Source: an uncultured Candidatus Saccharibacteria bacterium (GTDB taxonomy: Bacteria; Patescibacteriota; Dojkabacteria; SC72). Taken from it: DNA of 54,093 nt. Where the stretch lies: assembly GCA_964480345.1 (NCBI GenBank), contig CAYZNW010000005.1, positions 9,980 to 64,072 of the forward strand. Reading direction: 5' to 3'. Below the pieces are notes generated by a model. It ran no database searches and was not told where the DNA came from. It was given only the letters and a program-made list of their open reading frames with translations. Position numbers and translations under genes: made by a program. Below, one piece after another: positions 1 through 9,309 of this stretch; the stretch's first letter is position 1; each line of letters opens with the position of its first letter.

Positions 1-170
1 AAGATATTAGTAATTGGGATACTTCGAATGTAACTTATATACCATATATGTTCCGTAAAGCGACTAATTTCAATCAACCAATTGGCAATTGGGTTACAAG
101 TAAGATGACAAACATGTACCGTATGTTTTATGAAGCCTCTAATTTTAATCAAGATATTAGTAATTGGGAT
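1..170 (+). repeat. Intragenic DUF285 repeat units (about 75 bp, 25 aa)
   Basis: The 20-mer aagatattagtaattgggat is identical at 1-20 and 151-170, 150 bp (two units) apart. Confidence 0.8.
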
Positions 171-1049
171 ATTAGAAATATAACTAGCATGTCAGAAATG
201 TTCACTGATTCAGGACTACAATCCAACAACTACGACCTCATACTAGAAAAATGGAGTAGTCAAATAGTCAAATCAGCTGTTCCTTTAGGAGGTACTTTCT
301 ATTGTAAGTCTCAACAGTACAGAGATATATTAACATCTGTTCCTAACAACTGGATAATTACTGATTTAGGAAAAAATTGTCCTACAGAAGATATAATCCT
401 ACCTACTGTAACCATTGTAGGAGGTAGTGATAGTAAAGTAGTAGGTACTCTATCTATCATAGATGAAGAAGATACACCATCCTCTTTCTCTCTGATATCT
501 GGTGTCGGAGGAGAAGACAATGATAAATTTGAAATAGATCCAGTGACAAATACCCTCCTTTTCAAAGAGACCCCATATTATTACAACCCAACAGATACAG
601 GATATACTGCAGATAGCAACACATACTCAGTACTAATACGAAGCACAGATGTACTAGGAGTATATACAGATAGGGTATTCTTAATTACAGTAACTCAGCC
701 ACCAGTTTCAGTAACAGAGTCTCCAATTGCACAACCCATTGTTGAAACCAATATAGCTCCAAAGAAAAAAACAGTTTATTCTAAAGTAGCTGTAGCATCA
801 TCTGATCCTGTAGAGAGTACAACAGAAGAAGATATAGATTCGGACAATCAAAAACCAACGACGGAGAGTGAGCCAAATAAAGTAACAAATACATATAAAC
901 CACTAGAAAAACCAGAAGTAATAGAGGAGGAGAAAAATGATAAAAAGCTTTGGTCTTACTTACTCCCATTTCTAATTCTTTTCTTAATCTTACTCTTCCT
1001 CCTATACAAACGCAGAAGAGAAGAGGAAGATAAGTACTCCTCATATTAA
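1..1049 (+). CDS. Surface protein, 5'-truncated: DUF285/BspA-type repeats, cadherin-like domain, Pro/Thr/Glu linker, C-terminal TM anchor
   Basis: Frame is open from base 3 (DISNWDTSNVTYIPYMFRKATNFNQPIGNW...FNQDISNWDIRNITSMSEMF). Cadherin-like segment DNDKFEIDP..LLFK..P.Y...Y.VLIRSTD. Hydrophobic C-terminal helix followed by KRRR. The true start lies upstream of the window. Confidence 0.85.
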   Translation, partial: DISNWDTSNVTYIPYMFRKATNFNQPIGNWVTSKMTNMYRMFYEASNFNQDISNWDIRNITSMSEMFTDSGLQSNNYDLILEKWSSQIVKSAVPLGGTFYCKSQQYRDILTSVPNNWIITDLGKNCPTEDIILPTVTIVGGSDSKVVGTLSIIDEEDTPSSFSLISGVGGEDNDKFEIDPVTNTLLFKETPYYYNPTDTGYTADSNTYSVLIRSTDVLGVYTDRVFLITVTQPPVSVTESPIAQPIVETNIAPKKKTVYSKVAVASSDPVESTTEEDIDSDNQKPTTESEPNKVTNTYKPLEKPEVIEEEKNDKKLWSYLLPFLILFLILLFLLYKRRREEEDKYSSY

Positions 1050-1103
1050 TCCTCCTCCATTTTTGTTGAAAATATCTTCCTTTTTCAGTAATATGTAGAA
1101 AGA

Positions 1104-2459
1104 ATGTCAAAACTGTCCATCCTTGAAAAAAATGCATATATTAGCATTGTAATAAAAGATAACGGCATATGGGCTCACCTAGCATATACAGACTACAATG
1201 CAAAAAGAGAGTATATACTCTCTGACTATACCAACATAAATACCTTACAATACCGCTTAGATGACCATATATTTACTAAAGAATTCTGGTTTGAATACTT
1301 CAATAACCTAGAAAAAATCTTCACCTGGGATATAGTAGATAAAAACTCATTAGCCATATTCACATTTAGAAAATTCAAACAAGAAGGAGATGGAATAAAT
1401 GGAATAAGAATACTCATAGATGATAACCAAGATTACTTTGACAAAATATTCCAATCAGTTAGAGACTTCTCCAATGACCTCTCTTTACGAGTCATTAATG
1501 ACCAATATATGCAAACTCTTGTGGAATCACTTGCAGATAGACTTGGATATGAAGACCTTCTGTATATAGATATGGACATATACGACTTCTCTCTCTTTAG
1601 AACTACAAACATTACTCAAAAAGATGGAAGTATCAGAAGACTCTTTACTAAATCAAAATTAGGTTGGAATTCTGATTTTGCTGTAATAGATAGCATAAAC
1701 GACAACAGATTTGGAGCATTTCTTGCCACTGACCTCTCCGAACGAGAACTAGTCAATTACTGGAGTAATTTCATACTAGACAGACCATTAAATATCAGAG
1801 AACCAAACCTACTAGATCTAGTAAGGGCATACACCACAATTCAAAACTTCTCAATACTAAGAGACAACAGACAGAAACTACAACAGTTTGGAAATATATA
1901 TACAAAAAATGCAATGATAGTATCGGGATATATACCAAATATACTTGGCAAATACAGTACCCTGCTAGCACTAACAGATGGGTTAGAACTAAATGGGCAG
2001 ATAGATTGTATATTTGATTCAGAATTAAGATTACTCTCCTACGGAAAATCATACTCAGCAGGAGTAGATAGTACAGATATCATCTTAACCAAGAAAGATG
2101 TCATATCTCCAATTACTAAATTGTTAATACCTACAACTGCAAATGGGATTAACAAAGTAATATTCAGCGGATATATTGAATCTATTGAAATACCAAGATC
2201 TGAATTCTTTGTACTTACTCCACAATTCAGTAGAATATCTCTACCTAAACATCAAGAAAAATTAATAGTAGAAGGAGATTGGAAAAATGGAGCAAGATTA
2301 AATAATTCAGAAACCACCCTCTCATTCATATCAACTCCTGATAGCACTTACTACGAATCTCTTCTAATAGATGCTCGTCCAAGACCAGTAATCTATGGAC
2401 CTGATGTATATTCAAACAAACTTAAATTACAACAATGGATAAATGATAATAAAGCGTAA
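1104..2459 (+). CDS. Hypothetical protein, degenerate GlmL/MutL (glutamate mutase L)-like, actin-like fold
   Basis: 451-aa ORF. Segments ELVNYWSNFIL..P, IVSGYIP...LALTDGLE...IFD..L.SYG and terminal LLIDARPRP resemble the GlmL-like family; recognised by eye. Confidence 0.5.
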   Translation: MSKLSILEKNAYISIVIKDNGIWAHLAYTDYNAKREYILSDYTNINTLQYRLDDHIFTKEFWFEYFNNLEKIFTWDIVDKNSLAIFTFRKFKQEGDGINGIRILIDDNQDYFDKIFQSVRDFSNDLSLRVINDQYMQTLVESLADRLGYEDLLYIDMDIYDFSLFRTTNITQKDGSIRRLFTKSKLGWNSDFAVIDSINDNRFGAFLATDLSERELVNYWSNFILDRPLNIREPNLLDLVRAYTTIQNFSILRDNRQKLQQFGNIYTKNAMIVSGYIPNILGKYSTLLALTDGLELNGQIDCIFDSELRLLSYGKSYSAGVDSTDIILTKKDVISPITKLLIPTTANGINKVIFSGYIESIEIPRSEFFVLTPQFSRISLPKHQEKLIVEGDWKNGARLNNSETTLSFISTPDSTYYESLLIDARPRPVIYGPDVYSNKLKLQQWINDNKA

Positions 2460-3483
2460 AGTATTCGAAAAATATAATAGCTATACTTTCAGTATCCCTT
2501 ACACATCACAGGACAAAGTACTTGTGAAGAAAGGAGATACCGTAAAAGTAGGCGATGATATCTTGCGAAGAGAAAGCAATGTTGTTAAACACTCCTTCTC
2601 CATACCAGAGCAAATTGGAGCTCCTGCAGAGAGAAGTAAAGAGTATGTTACATGCATAGATGGGGAACTAGTTACAGAAGGAACAATATTAGCAGAGCGA
2701 TTAATTGCTGGAGGATTAAATATCAAAAGATTAATATCACCATCAGATGGAGTCATAGATTTAGAGAGAATAGATAAAGGATATTTAGATATATTAGGTG
2801 AGGAAACAACTGTGGATATTAAAAGCTCATTTAAAGGAGAAGTACTAGATGTAAATCCTGTAGAGGGTATAAAGGTAAATTCTCCTGCCTATGCATTTGA
2901 TATAAAATTAATATCTGATGTATTTAATAACAGAAACGAAAGATTAAACAAAAAAATCTTTGGAGAATTTGTATTTCTAGGAGATGGAAAAGATCTCCTC
3001 CTTAAAGCAGAGGATACGGACTATCATGAGAAAATAGTCTTTGTTGGAAAATATCTACACACATCTCTCTTACATGACCTATTTCAGAAAGGAGCCTCAT
3101 TTGTACTTACATATTCTATGGATTACCGTGATTTTAGAAGACAAGGGTTACCTATCGGAGTTTTAGGAGGCTTTGGAGAGATATTTTTCAGTGAGCAAAT
3201 CTTAGACATATTAAAAAGCATGGTAGGTTCATTTGCAATAGTTGATTACGAAGAGAATCAACTATTCTTTCTTAATGAAGGAAAAGCTTTAGAAAGTAGT
3301 AAAGATTCTTTGTTTGTATACTCATTAAAAGATTCTACAGTTAGATCTCTCTCCTTAGCTAACTATGCAATGCTCGGTAAAGTAGTCGGTACAGAAGAAG
3401 ATCCTTCATTTTTGAAAGTTAAATGGGAAAATGGTTTAGTTGGAATAATTAATATAGCTAATGTGGAATTTATATCCCTTTAG
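2443..3483 (+). CDS. Hypothetical protein with tandem barrel-sandwich-hybrid (biotinyl/lipoyl-like) motifs; partner of the GlmL-like gene
   Basis: Motifs VLVKKGDTVKVGD, IDGELVTEGTILAE and LISPSDGVI; overlaps the upstream ORF by 17 nt. Confidence 0.55.
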   Translation: MIIKRKVFEKYNSYTFSIPYTSQDKVLVKKGDTVKVGDDILRRESNVVKHSFSIPEQIGAPAERSKEYVTCIDGELVTEGTILAERLIAGGLNIKRLISPSDGVIDLERIDKGYLDILGEETTVDIKSSFKGEVLDVNPVEGIKVNSPAYAFDIKLISDVFNNRNERLNKKIFGEFVFLGDGKDLLLKAEDTDYHEKIVFVGKYLHTSLLHDLFQKGASFVLTYSMDYRDFRRQGLPIGVLGGFGEIFFSEQILDILKSMVGSFAIVDYEENQLFFLNEGKALESSKDSLFVYSLKDSTVRSLSLANYAMLGKVVGTEEDPSFLKVKWENGLVGIINIANVEFISL

Positions 3484-3520
3484 AGTATAATTAAATCTGT
3501 TTATTTTTGAATTAGAGAAT

Positions 3521-4747
3521 ATGGACGAAAACAATTGTAACGAACAGAAACATCGAAGATTAGTAGGTACTGCAATACTCCTTGTAGCAGTATTTGTTCT
3601 TGGAATATTAACAGGACAGAGAGTTACTGGTAGTGACATAACTACTGTGTTTAACAAAAACAGTGATGTAAATATGGATATGTTCTGGCAGGTTTGGAAT
3701 ATAGCTTCAAAACAGTATGTAGATTCAGATAAAGTAGACAAAGAGAAGATGGTAACTGGAGCTATTAAAGGTATGGTTAACTCTTTTGAAGATCCTGCAA
3801 CAGTTTTTCTCGATCCAGAAGAAACAAAGAAATTCAATGAATCTACAAGTGGTAAATTCTTCCAAGGTATTGGAGCCGAACTTGGATACTCTGATGGAAG
3901 TGTCATAGTTGTTTCTCCAATTGAAGGCTCTCCAGCTAAAGAAGCAGGTATCCGTTCAGGCGACTATATCTTAAAGATAGATGATTACGAACTAACTCCA
4001 AAAGATTCAATATATGATGCAGTTGCTAAAATTCGAGGTGATGCTGGAACAAAAGTTACCTTAACAGTTCTGCATCGTGGAGATGAGAAGCCTGTAAGTA
4101 TTGAAATTGAAAGAAAAGAGATTACTGTTTCTAGTATGACCCTTGAATTTATTGGAAACAACAAAGATATAGCTAATTTGAAGGTGAATAGGTTTACTGA
4201 AACAACTGTAGCTGAATGGGAAAGAGAGTGGGATTCTAAAGTTAGTCAAATTGTGAAATCAGGAGTAAAGAAGATGATTCTTGATCTGAGAGGGAATCCT
4301 GGAGGGTATTTTGATGCCGCTATATACTCAGCAGACGAGTTCTTAGATGAAGGAAAAATCATATCACAACAACGAGATGGTTCAGGCCGTGTTATGAAGT
4401 ATGAATCCAAAAAAGGTGGTGAGTTGCTAGATATTGAAGTAGTAGTATTAGTTAATGAAGGAAGTGCTTCAGCTTCTGAAATTTTAGCAGGAGCTTTACA
4501 ACAAAATGGAAGAGCAAAAGTAATAGGTATGGCTACATACGGTAAAGGTACTGCACAATCTGTCTTAGATCTCTCAAACGGTTCTTCATTGCATTTAACA
4601 ATATTAAAGTGGTTACTTCCAGATGGTAGAAACTTAGATCATGAGAATAGTATCAAACCTGATGTAGAGGTTGATTTAACAAATGATGACTTTAAAGCTG
4701 GCAAAGATCCTCAGCTTCAAAAAGCATTAGAAATACTTTCTATTTAA
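3521..4747 (+). CDS. ctpA: S41 family C-terminal processing protease (PDZ + peptidase)
   Basis: N-terminal TM; GIGAELG PDZ loop; ILDLRGNPGG; SASASEILAGALQ; TYGKGTAQ. Confidence 0.95.
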   Translation: MDENNCNEQKHRRLVGTAILLVAVFVLGILTGQRVTGSDITTVFNKNSDVNMDMFWQVWNIASKQYVDSDKVDKEKMVTGAIKGMVNSFEDPATVFLDPEETKKFNESTSGKFFQGIGAELGYSDGSVIVVSPIEGSPAKEAGIRSGDYILKIDDYELTPKDSIYDAVAKIRGDAGTKVTLTVLHRGDEKPVSIEIERKEITVSSMTLEFIGNNKDIANLKVNRFTETTVAEWEREWDSKVSQIVKSGVKKMILDLRGNPGGYFDAAIYSADEFLDEGKIISQQRDGSGRVMKYESKKGGELLDIEVVVLVNEGSASASEILAGALQQNGRAKVIGMATYGKGTAQSVLDLSNGSSLHLTILKWLLPDGRNLDHENSIKPDVEVDLTNDDFKAGKDPQLQKALEILSI

Positions 4748-4765
4748 ATTTAAATAAGAGTTAAT

Positions 4766-5992
4766 ATGGAAGAGAAAGCAAAAGAAAAGAAAATTACAAA
4801 AGATACTACAGTAGTAGTGAAAAAAAGAGGAAACAGAGCTAAGAGATTCGGATATGTAATACTTGGAATATTACTGTTCTTCTCTGCTTTTGTAATTGTA
4901 GCTATGACAGCATCATACTTTACGTATAGAAATTTTCCTAAACTTCAAGAGGCAGTTTCTAAAATAACAGGAATTAAAGATGGAGAGAAAATAGATGATC
5001 TCTCTTCCAATAGAGATACTGGCAAAGAAATAGTTGTGAGTGAAGCTGAGAAATCTACGATAGATATTGTAAAAGAGACATCACCATCAGTAGTAAGTAT
5101 TGCTGTTACACAGATATCTCTTTCCCAAAACAAAGGAGTAGTTGATCAAAGTAATAATATTGGTACTGGCTTCATAGTTGATTCATCTGGAGTAATAATT
5201 ACGAATCAGCATGTTGTTTCTGGTAAGACAGATAACTACAAAGTAGTTACAAGTGATGGAAAAGAGTATGAAGTGAAGGAAGTATTAAGAGATGATTTGT
5301 ATGATATTGCTATATTAAAAATTGATGCCAAGGGGGATACATTTAAGGGTATCAATTTAGGAAATTCAGATAACTTAGTAGTAGGGCAATCTGTCCTTGC
5401 AATTGGAACACCATTAGGAGAGTTTGCAGGATCTGTCACTACAGGAATAATCAGTGGATTAAATAGAAGTGTTACTGCATCTAATTCCTCTTGGTTTGGT
5501 TCTACTGCTAAAACATATGAGGGAGTAATTCAAACTGATGCAGCAATTAACTCAGGTAACTCAGGTGGCCCTCTTATTAATTCTCAAGGTGAAGTCATAG
5601 GGGTAAATTTTGCTACTACATCATATGCTGATAATATTTCGTTCTCTATCCCTATTAACAAAGTGAAAAATCGATTAGAGGAGTATAGAACTTACGGTAA
5701 ATTTATAAAACCTTACCTAGGAGTCTCATATCAAATGATTACAGAGTATGACGCTCTTTACTATTCAAATGTAGTACCTGGAGCATTAGTAGTAGAGGTA
5801 GATGCTAGTAGTCCAGCGTATGCTGCAGGTATTAGAAGAGGAGATATAGTTACAAAATTTGGAGGAGAGGAAGTTAAAATATCTCTAGGTGATATGATTC
5901 AATCACATAAAGTAGGGGAAGAGGTTGAAGTAGTTGTTAACAGATCTGGCGAAACCCAGACATTTAAGGTAAAGCTAGGTGAGGTAAATTAG
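4766..5992 (+). CDS. htrA: HtrA/DegP-family trypsin-like serine protease with PDZ domain, membrane-anchored
   Basis: TNQHVV (His), DIAILKI (Asp), QTDAAINSGNSGGPL (Ser); C-terminal PDZ; N-terminal TM. Confidence 0.95.
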   Translation: MEEKAKEKKITKDTTVVVKKRGNRAKRFGYVILGILLFFSAFVIVAMTASYFTYRNFPKLQEAVSKITGIKDGEKIDDLSSNRDTGKEIVVSEAEKSTIDIVKETSPSVVSIAVTQISLSQNKGVVDQSNNIGTGFIVDSSGVIITNQHVVSGKTDNYKVVTSDGKEYEVKEVLRDDLYDIAILKIDAKGDTFKGINLGNSDNLVVGQSVLAIGTPLGEFAGSVTTGIISGLNRSVTASNSSWFGSTAKTYEGVIQTDAAINSGNSGGPLINSQGEVIGVNFATTSYADNISFSIPINKVKNRLEEYRTYGKFIKPYLGVSYQMITEYDALYYSNVVPGALVVEVDASSPAYAAGIRRGDIVTKFGGEEVKISLGDMIQSHKVGEEVEVVVNRSGETQTFKVKLGEVN

Positions 5993-6784
5993 AGCAAATC
6001 GATCTAAATTATTTTGATCTTTAATTACATGTATCTCTCCTTGGTAAAATGTGTGTAATTGTTTGGTAATAGATGGATCTATTTCAATTAAAAGAGTAAT
6101 ATTTTTTGTTTTCGGATATTTCTTTGAAAGGGTAGTTATTAACTCTTTGTAATATTTAATTCCATCAATACCTCCATCTAAAGCTGTTCTCGGCTCAAAA
6201 TTAATGACTGATGGGCATAAATTTTTATATATATCAGTAGGGATATACGGTAGATTTGCAATAACTAAAGTATTTTCTTCTATATTAACTCCATCTACTA
6301 GATCTGTTTGAACAAAATTAATCATATCTTCAACTCCATTTCGCTCACTATTACTCTTTGCTATCTCTAAAGCATCTTTATTAATATCAGTAGCTGTATA
6401 TTTTATTTTCTTCTCAGGATATTTCTCTTTCAAAGTTTTACAAAGAGAAATTACAATATTACCACTGCCAGTACCTACATCCATTACATTCTGAATATTC
6501 CTATCCATTACTAATGAACATGCTATATCAATTAACTGTTCTGTTTCTATCCTAGGAATCAAAGTTGAACTATTCACAGTAAACTCATAACCGTAGAACT
6601 CAGTATACCCTCGTATATACTCCCACGGCTCATCAGATTTGATTCTTTCCAATACTTTCGTTATCTGCAAATCATCACCATCACAAAATTCATAGATCTC
6701 ATTGGAAATTCTAATGTAGTCAGGATATCCTGATTGCTTCACTATCTGTTGAATTTGAAATAACTGTTTAAGCTTCTGTCTCAC
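5975..6784 (-). CDS. prmC: Release factor glutamine methyltransferase
   Basis: LIPRIETE, DVGTGSG, ANLPY (NPPY-like), ALDGG; directly downstream of prfA. Confidence 0.92.
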   Translation of the reverse strand: MRQKLKQLFQIQQIVKQSGYPDYIRISNEIYEFCDGDDLQITKVLERIKSDEPWEYIRGYTEFYGYEFTVNSSTLIPRIETEQLIDIACSLVMDRNIQNVMDVGTGSGNIVISLCKTLKEKYPEKKIKYTATDINKDALEIAKSNSERNGVEDMINFVQTDLVDGVNIEENTLVIANLPYIPTDIYKNLCPSVINFEPRTALDGGIDGIKYYKELITTLSKKYPKTKNITLLIEIDPSITKQLHTFYQGEIHVIKDQNNLDRFALIYLT

Positions 6785-7889
6785 TTTGCATCTTCTCTTC
6801 TAACAACTGATCTTGAAATGCATTGGTAATATCATCAATCATCTCTTGAATACTACCATTTAAAATCTCTTCTAAATTAAACCATGACAGTTTAACTCTG
6901 TGATCAGTAATTCTATTCTGTGGGAAATTATATGTTCTTATCTTCTCTGCTCTCATAGATGAACCTATCTGAGAAAGTCGCATATCTGATCTCTTTGACA
7001 TCTCTTCCTGCTTTCTCATGTCATACAATCTTGATCTAAGTATAGCCATAGCTTTCTCTTTGTTTTGACTCTGATGCTTGGTCTCCTGACAGCTTACCAC
7101 TATACCTGATGGAATATGTGTAATCCTTACAGCAGAGTCTGTTCTATTTACACACTGTCCTCCTGCACCTGATGCTCTCATCACATCTATTCTTAAATCC
7201 TCTGACTTGATATCAATATCTACATCTTTAGCTTCTGGGAGAATTGCTACAGAAGCAGTAGATGTATGAATTCTTCCTGAAGCCTCTGTAGAGGGTATTC
7301 TCTGTACTCTATGTACACCGCTTTCATACTTTAAATTCTTAAATACATTCTTACCATTAATCTGAGCAACAACCTCTTTAAATCCGCCTCCCTCTGTAAT
7401 ATTACTAGACATAAGTTGAACCTCCCATCCTTTATGAGTAGAGAAGTTAGAGTACATTTTGAATAAGTCGGAAGCAAAAAGAGCAGCTTCATCTCCACCT
7501 GCTCCTGCTCTAATTTCTAAAATCACAGATTTATCATCATCTTCATCAATTAACTCTCTACCTGCAATCATTCTTTTAATATTTAGGTCTAACTCTTCAA
7601 TTCTCTGCTCAAGGGAAGCTATCTCTTCATTAGCTAACTCTTTTAATTCATGATCTTGCTCTGTTTCAGCCATAGCTTTTGTATCTTCTAGATCTGTCAT
7701 AGCTTTTTGAATATGGGAAGTCTCTAGAGCGAGTTGAGAGAAATAGGCTAAATCACTACTTAGTTGTGACATATCCTTATCTCTTGATGGGTTGGATAGC
7801 TCTGCTTCTAATGCTTTAACTTTATTCTGAGCGTTATTTGTACTGTATTTTGTTTTTAATAGCTGAATATCCATAATGGATGATAGCAC
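6768..7889 (-). CDS. prfA: Peptide chain release factor 1 (start possibly ATG at 7874)
   Basis: EIRAGAGGDEA, ESGVHRVQRIPSTE (PxT), GAGGQ, RTYNFPQNRITDHR. Confidence 0.97.
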   Translation of the reverse strand: MLSSIMDIQLLKTKYSTNNAQNKVKALEAELSNPSRDKDMSQLSSDLAYFSQLALETSHIQKAMTDLEDTKAMAETEQDHELKELANEEIASLEQRIEELDLNIKRMIAGRELIDEDDDKSVILEIRAGAGGDEAALFASDLFKMYSNFSTHKGWEVQLMSSNITEGGGFKEVVAQINGKNVFKNLKYESGVHRVQRIPSTEASGRIHTSTASVAILPEAKDVDIDIKSEDLRIDVMRASGAGGQCVNRTDSAVRITHIPSGIVVSCQETKHQSQNKEKAMAILRSRLYDMRKQEEMSKRSDMRLSQIGSSMRAEKIRTYNFPQNRITDHRVKLSWFNLEEILNGSIQEMIDDITNAFQDQLLEEKMQSETEA

Positions 7890-7912
7890 GATGAGATTAT
7901 GTTTTGGAATAG

Positions 7913-8254
7913 TTACTTCTTAGAGATTTTTGCGTTTTCAAGCATATCTCTCAATGAAAGTGCAGTTGCTGGTTTGCTTGACATGTCATCCATCTTCTTC
8001 TTTCTTCTTTCCATCTTCTCTCTCTTACTTTGAAATGACATTCCTTTTGCCTTAGCTACCCTGTCTTCAAACTTCTTTACAAGGTTGTCTGTATCAACAA
8101 TCTTTTGCTCACCAGTATAGAAAGGATGACATTTTGAACAGATATCTACTGTCAATGTTTCTTCCTCTAATGTGCTTCCTGTTACAAAAGAGTTACCACA
8201 GGAGCATGTGATGGTTAAATTGTTATTATATTTTGGATGTATGTCTTTTTTCAT
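7913..8254 (-). CDS. rpmE: 50S ribosomal protein L31, Zn-binding type, with C-terminal extension
   Basis: [26 protein letters not shown]. Confidence 0.95.
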   Translation of the reverse strand: MKKDIHPKYNNNLTITCSCGNSFVTGSTLEEETLTVDICSKCHPFYTGEQKIVDTDNLVKKFEDRVAKAKGMSFQSKREKMERRKKKMDDMSSKPATALSLRDMLENAKISKK

Positions 8255-8299
8255 TTACAAAGTGGATTATATTAGAAGATATTCGTTAAGTCAAATGCT

Positions 8300-8321
8300 A
8301 GGCCTGCCCTAGGGCAGGCCT
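8300..8321. promoter_or_regulatory. Perfect 22-bp GC-rich palindrome between the divergent rpmE and CsoR-like genes
   Basis: aggcctgccctagggcaggcct is its own reverse complement. Function not shown. Confidence 0.5.
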
Positions 8322-8333
8322 GTTGAACCAATC

Positions 8334-8576
8334 TTGGCAATACCATATACTATGTACATGAAGTATTCTAAAAAAGTGCAAAACCATATCAAAAGAGTAG
8401 AAGGACAAGTAACTGGAGTAAAGAAGATGATAGTTGATGGTAAAAGCCAAGAGAAAGTGATAACACAATTGAAAGCATCGATCTCATCTTTAGAGAGTTT
8501 GAAAGTAGAATTGGCTAAAGAGCAAATGAAAGAGACAATTCTAGAAAATGTAAAAAACACTTTAGGAATAGAATAG
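8334..8576 (+). CDS. CsoR/RcnR/FrmR-family helical regulator lacking metal ligands
   Basis: HIKRVEGQVTGVKKMIVDG..VITQLKA matches the family pattern RLxRIEGQVxGIxxM; the protein has no Cys. Confidence 0.75.
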   Translation: MAIPYTMYMKYSKKVQNHIKRVEGQVTGVKKMIVDGKSQEKVITQLKASISSLESLKVELAKEQMKETILENVKNTLGIE

Positions 8577-8650
8577 GTTTCTTAACTGCCTGGGTAAGAT
8601 TTGATATACTTGTGTACTTGAGCAAGCATTTAATTTTGAACAACAAGTAA

Positions 8651-9301
8651 ATGAAAATACGAAAAGTAGGATGGACGACATTTCTTCTTAATACAGATAG
8701 TATCTCTGTTTTAACAGATCCTCTTGATATCAAAGAATCTGGAAACAGTCTAACTAAAACAGAGAGTGATATTCTTCTATTCACTAACTATTCTAAACAG
8801 ATTAAGAAAGATATTGTTAAAGACAATGATTTAGAATCTAAGATAGTTCCTGACAAGAGAGAGAAAATGATGGAGATATATAACCCTGGAGAGTATGAAG
8901 TAGGAGGCTTGATGATTAGACGAGGTTTAAATGACAACTTCTATATCATTGATGAAAAGGAAATACGAGTTGTATATATGGGAGGTACAGAGAAGGAGTT
9001 TGATCCTCAAAATGCTAAGAGTTTAGGAGATGTAGATGTTTTAATCATTCCAATAGGGGATGGTGAATCTTTCATGAGTTATGATACTTTAGAAAAAGTA
9101 ATCTCCAATATTGATCCAGCCATTTTAATTCCATGTGGATATAGAGAGGACAGTAAGAACCAATTAGATTTGAAAAGTAAGGAAGAATTTTTGAAACATT
9201 TTGGATATGCAAATGTGAGAGAAGAGAACTATTACAATGTTGCGAAGAAAAAAGTAGATGAAGAGAATCAGAGTAGTGTAGAAGTAATATTTTTGAAATA
9301 A
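8651..9301 (+). CDS. Degenerate metallo-beta-lactamase-fold protein (Lactamase_B_3-like)
   Basis: SVLTDP, PGEYEVGG, DVDVLIIPIG and IDPAILIP match the family that often precedes dnaB; the HxHxDH motif is absent. Confidence 0.65.
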   Translation: MKIRKVGWTTFLLNTDSISVLTDPLDIKESGNSLTKTESDILLFTNYSKQIKKDIVKDNDLESKIVPDKREKMMEIYNPGEYEVGGLMIRRGLNDNFYIIDEKEIRVVYMGGTEKEFDPQNAKSLGDVDVLIIPIGDGESFMSYDTLEKVISNIDPAILIPCGYREDSKNQLDLKSKEEFLKHFGYANVREENYYNVAKKKVDEENQSSVEVIFLK

Positions 9302-9309
9302 ATAGATAT

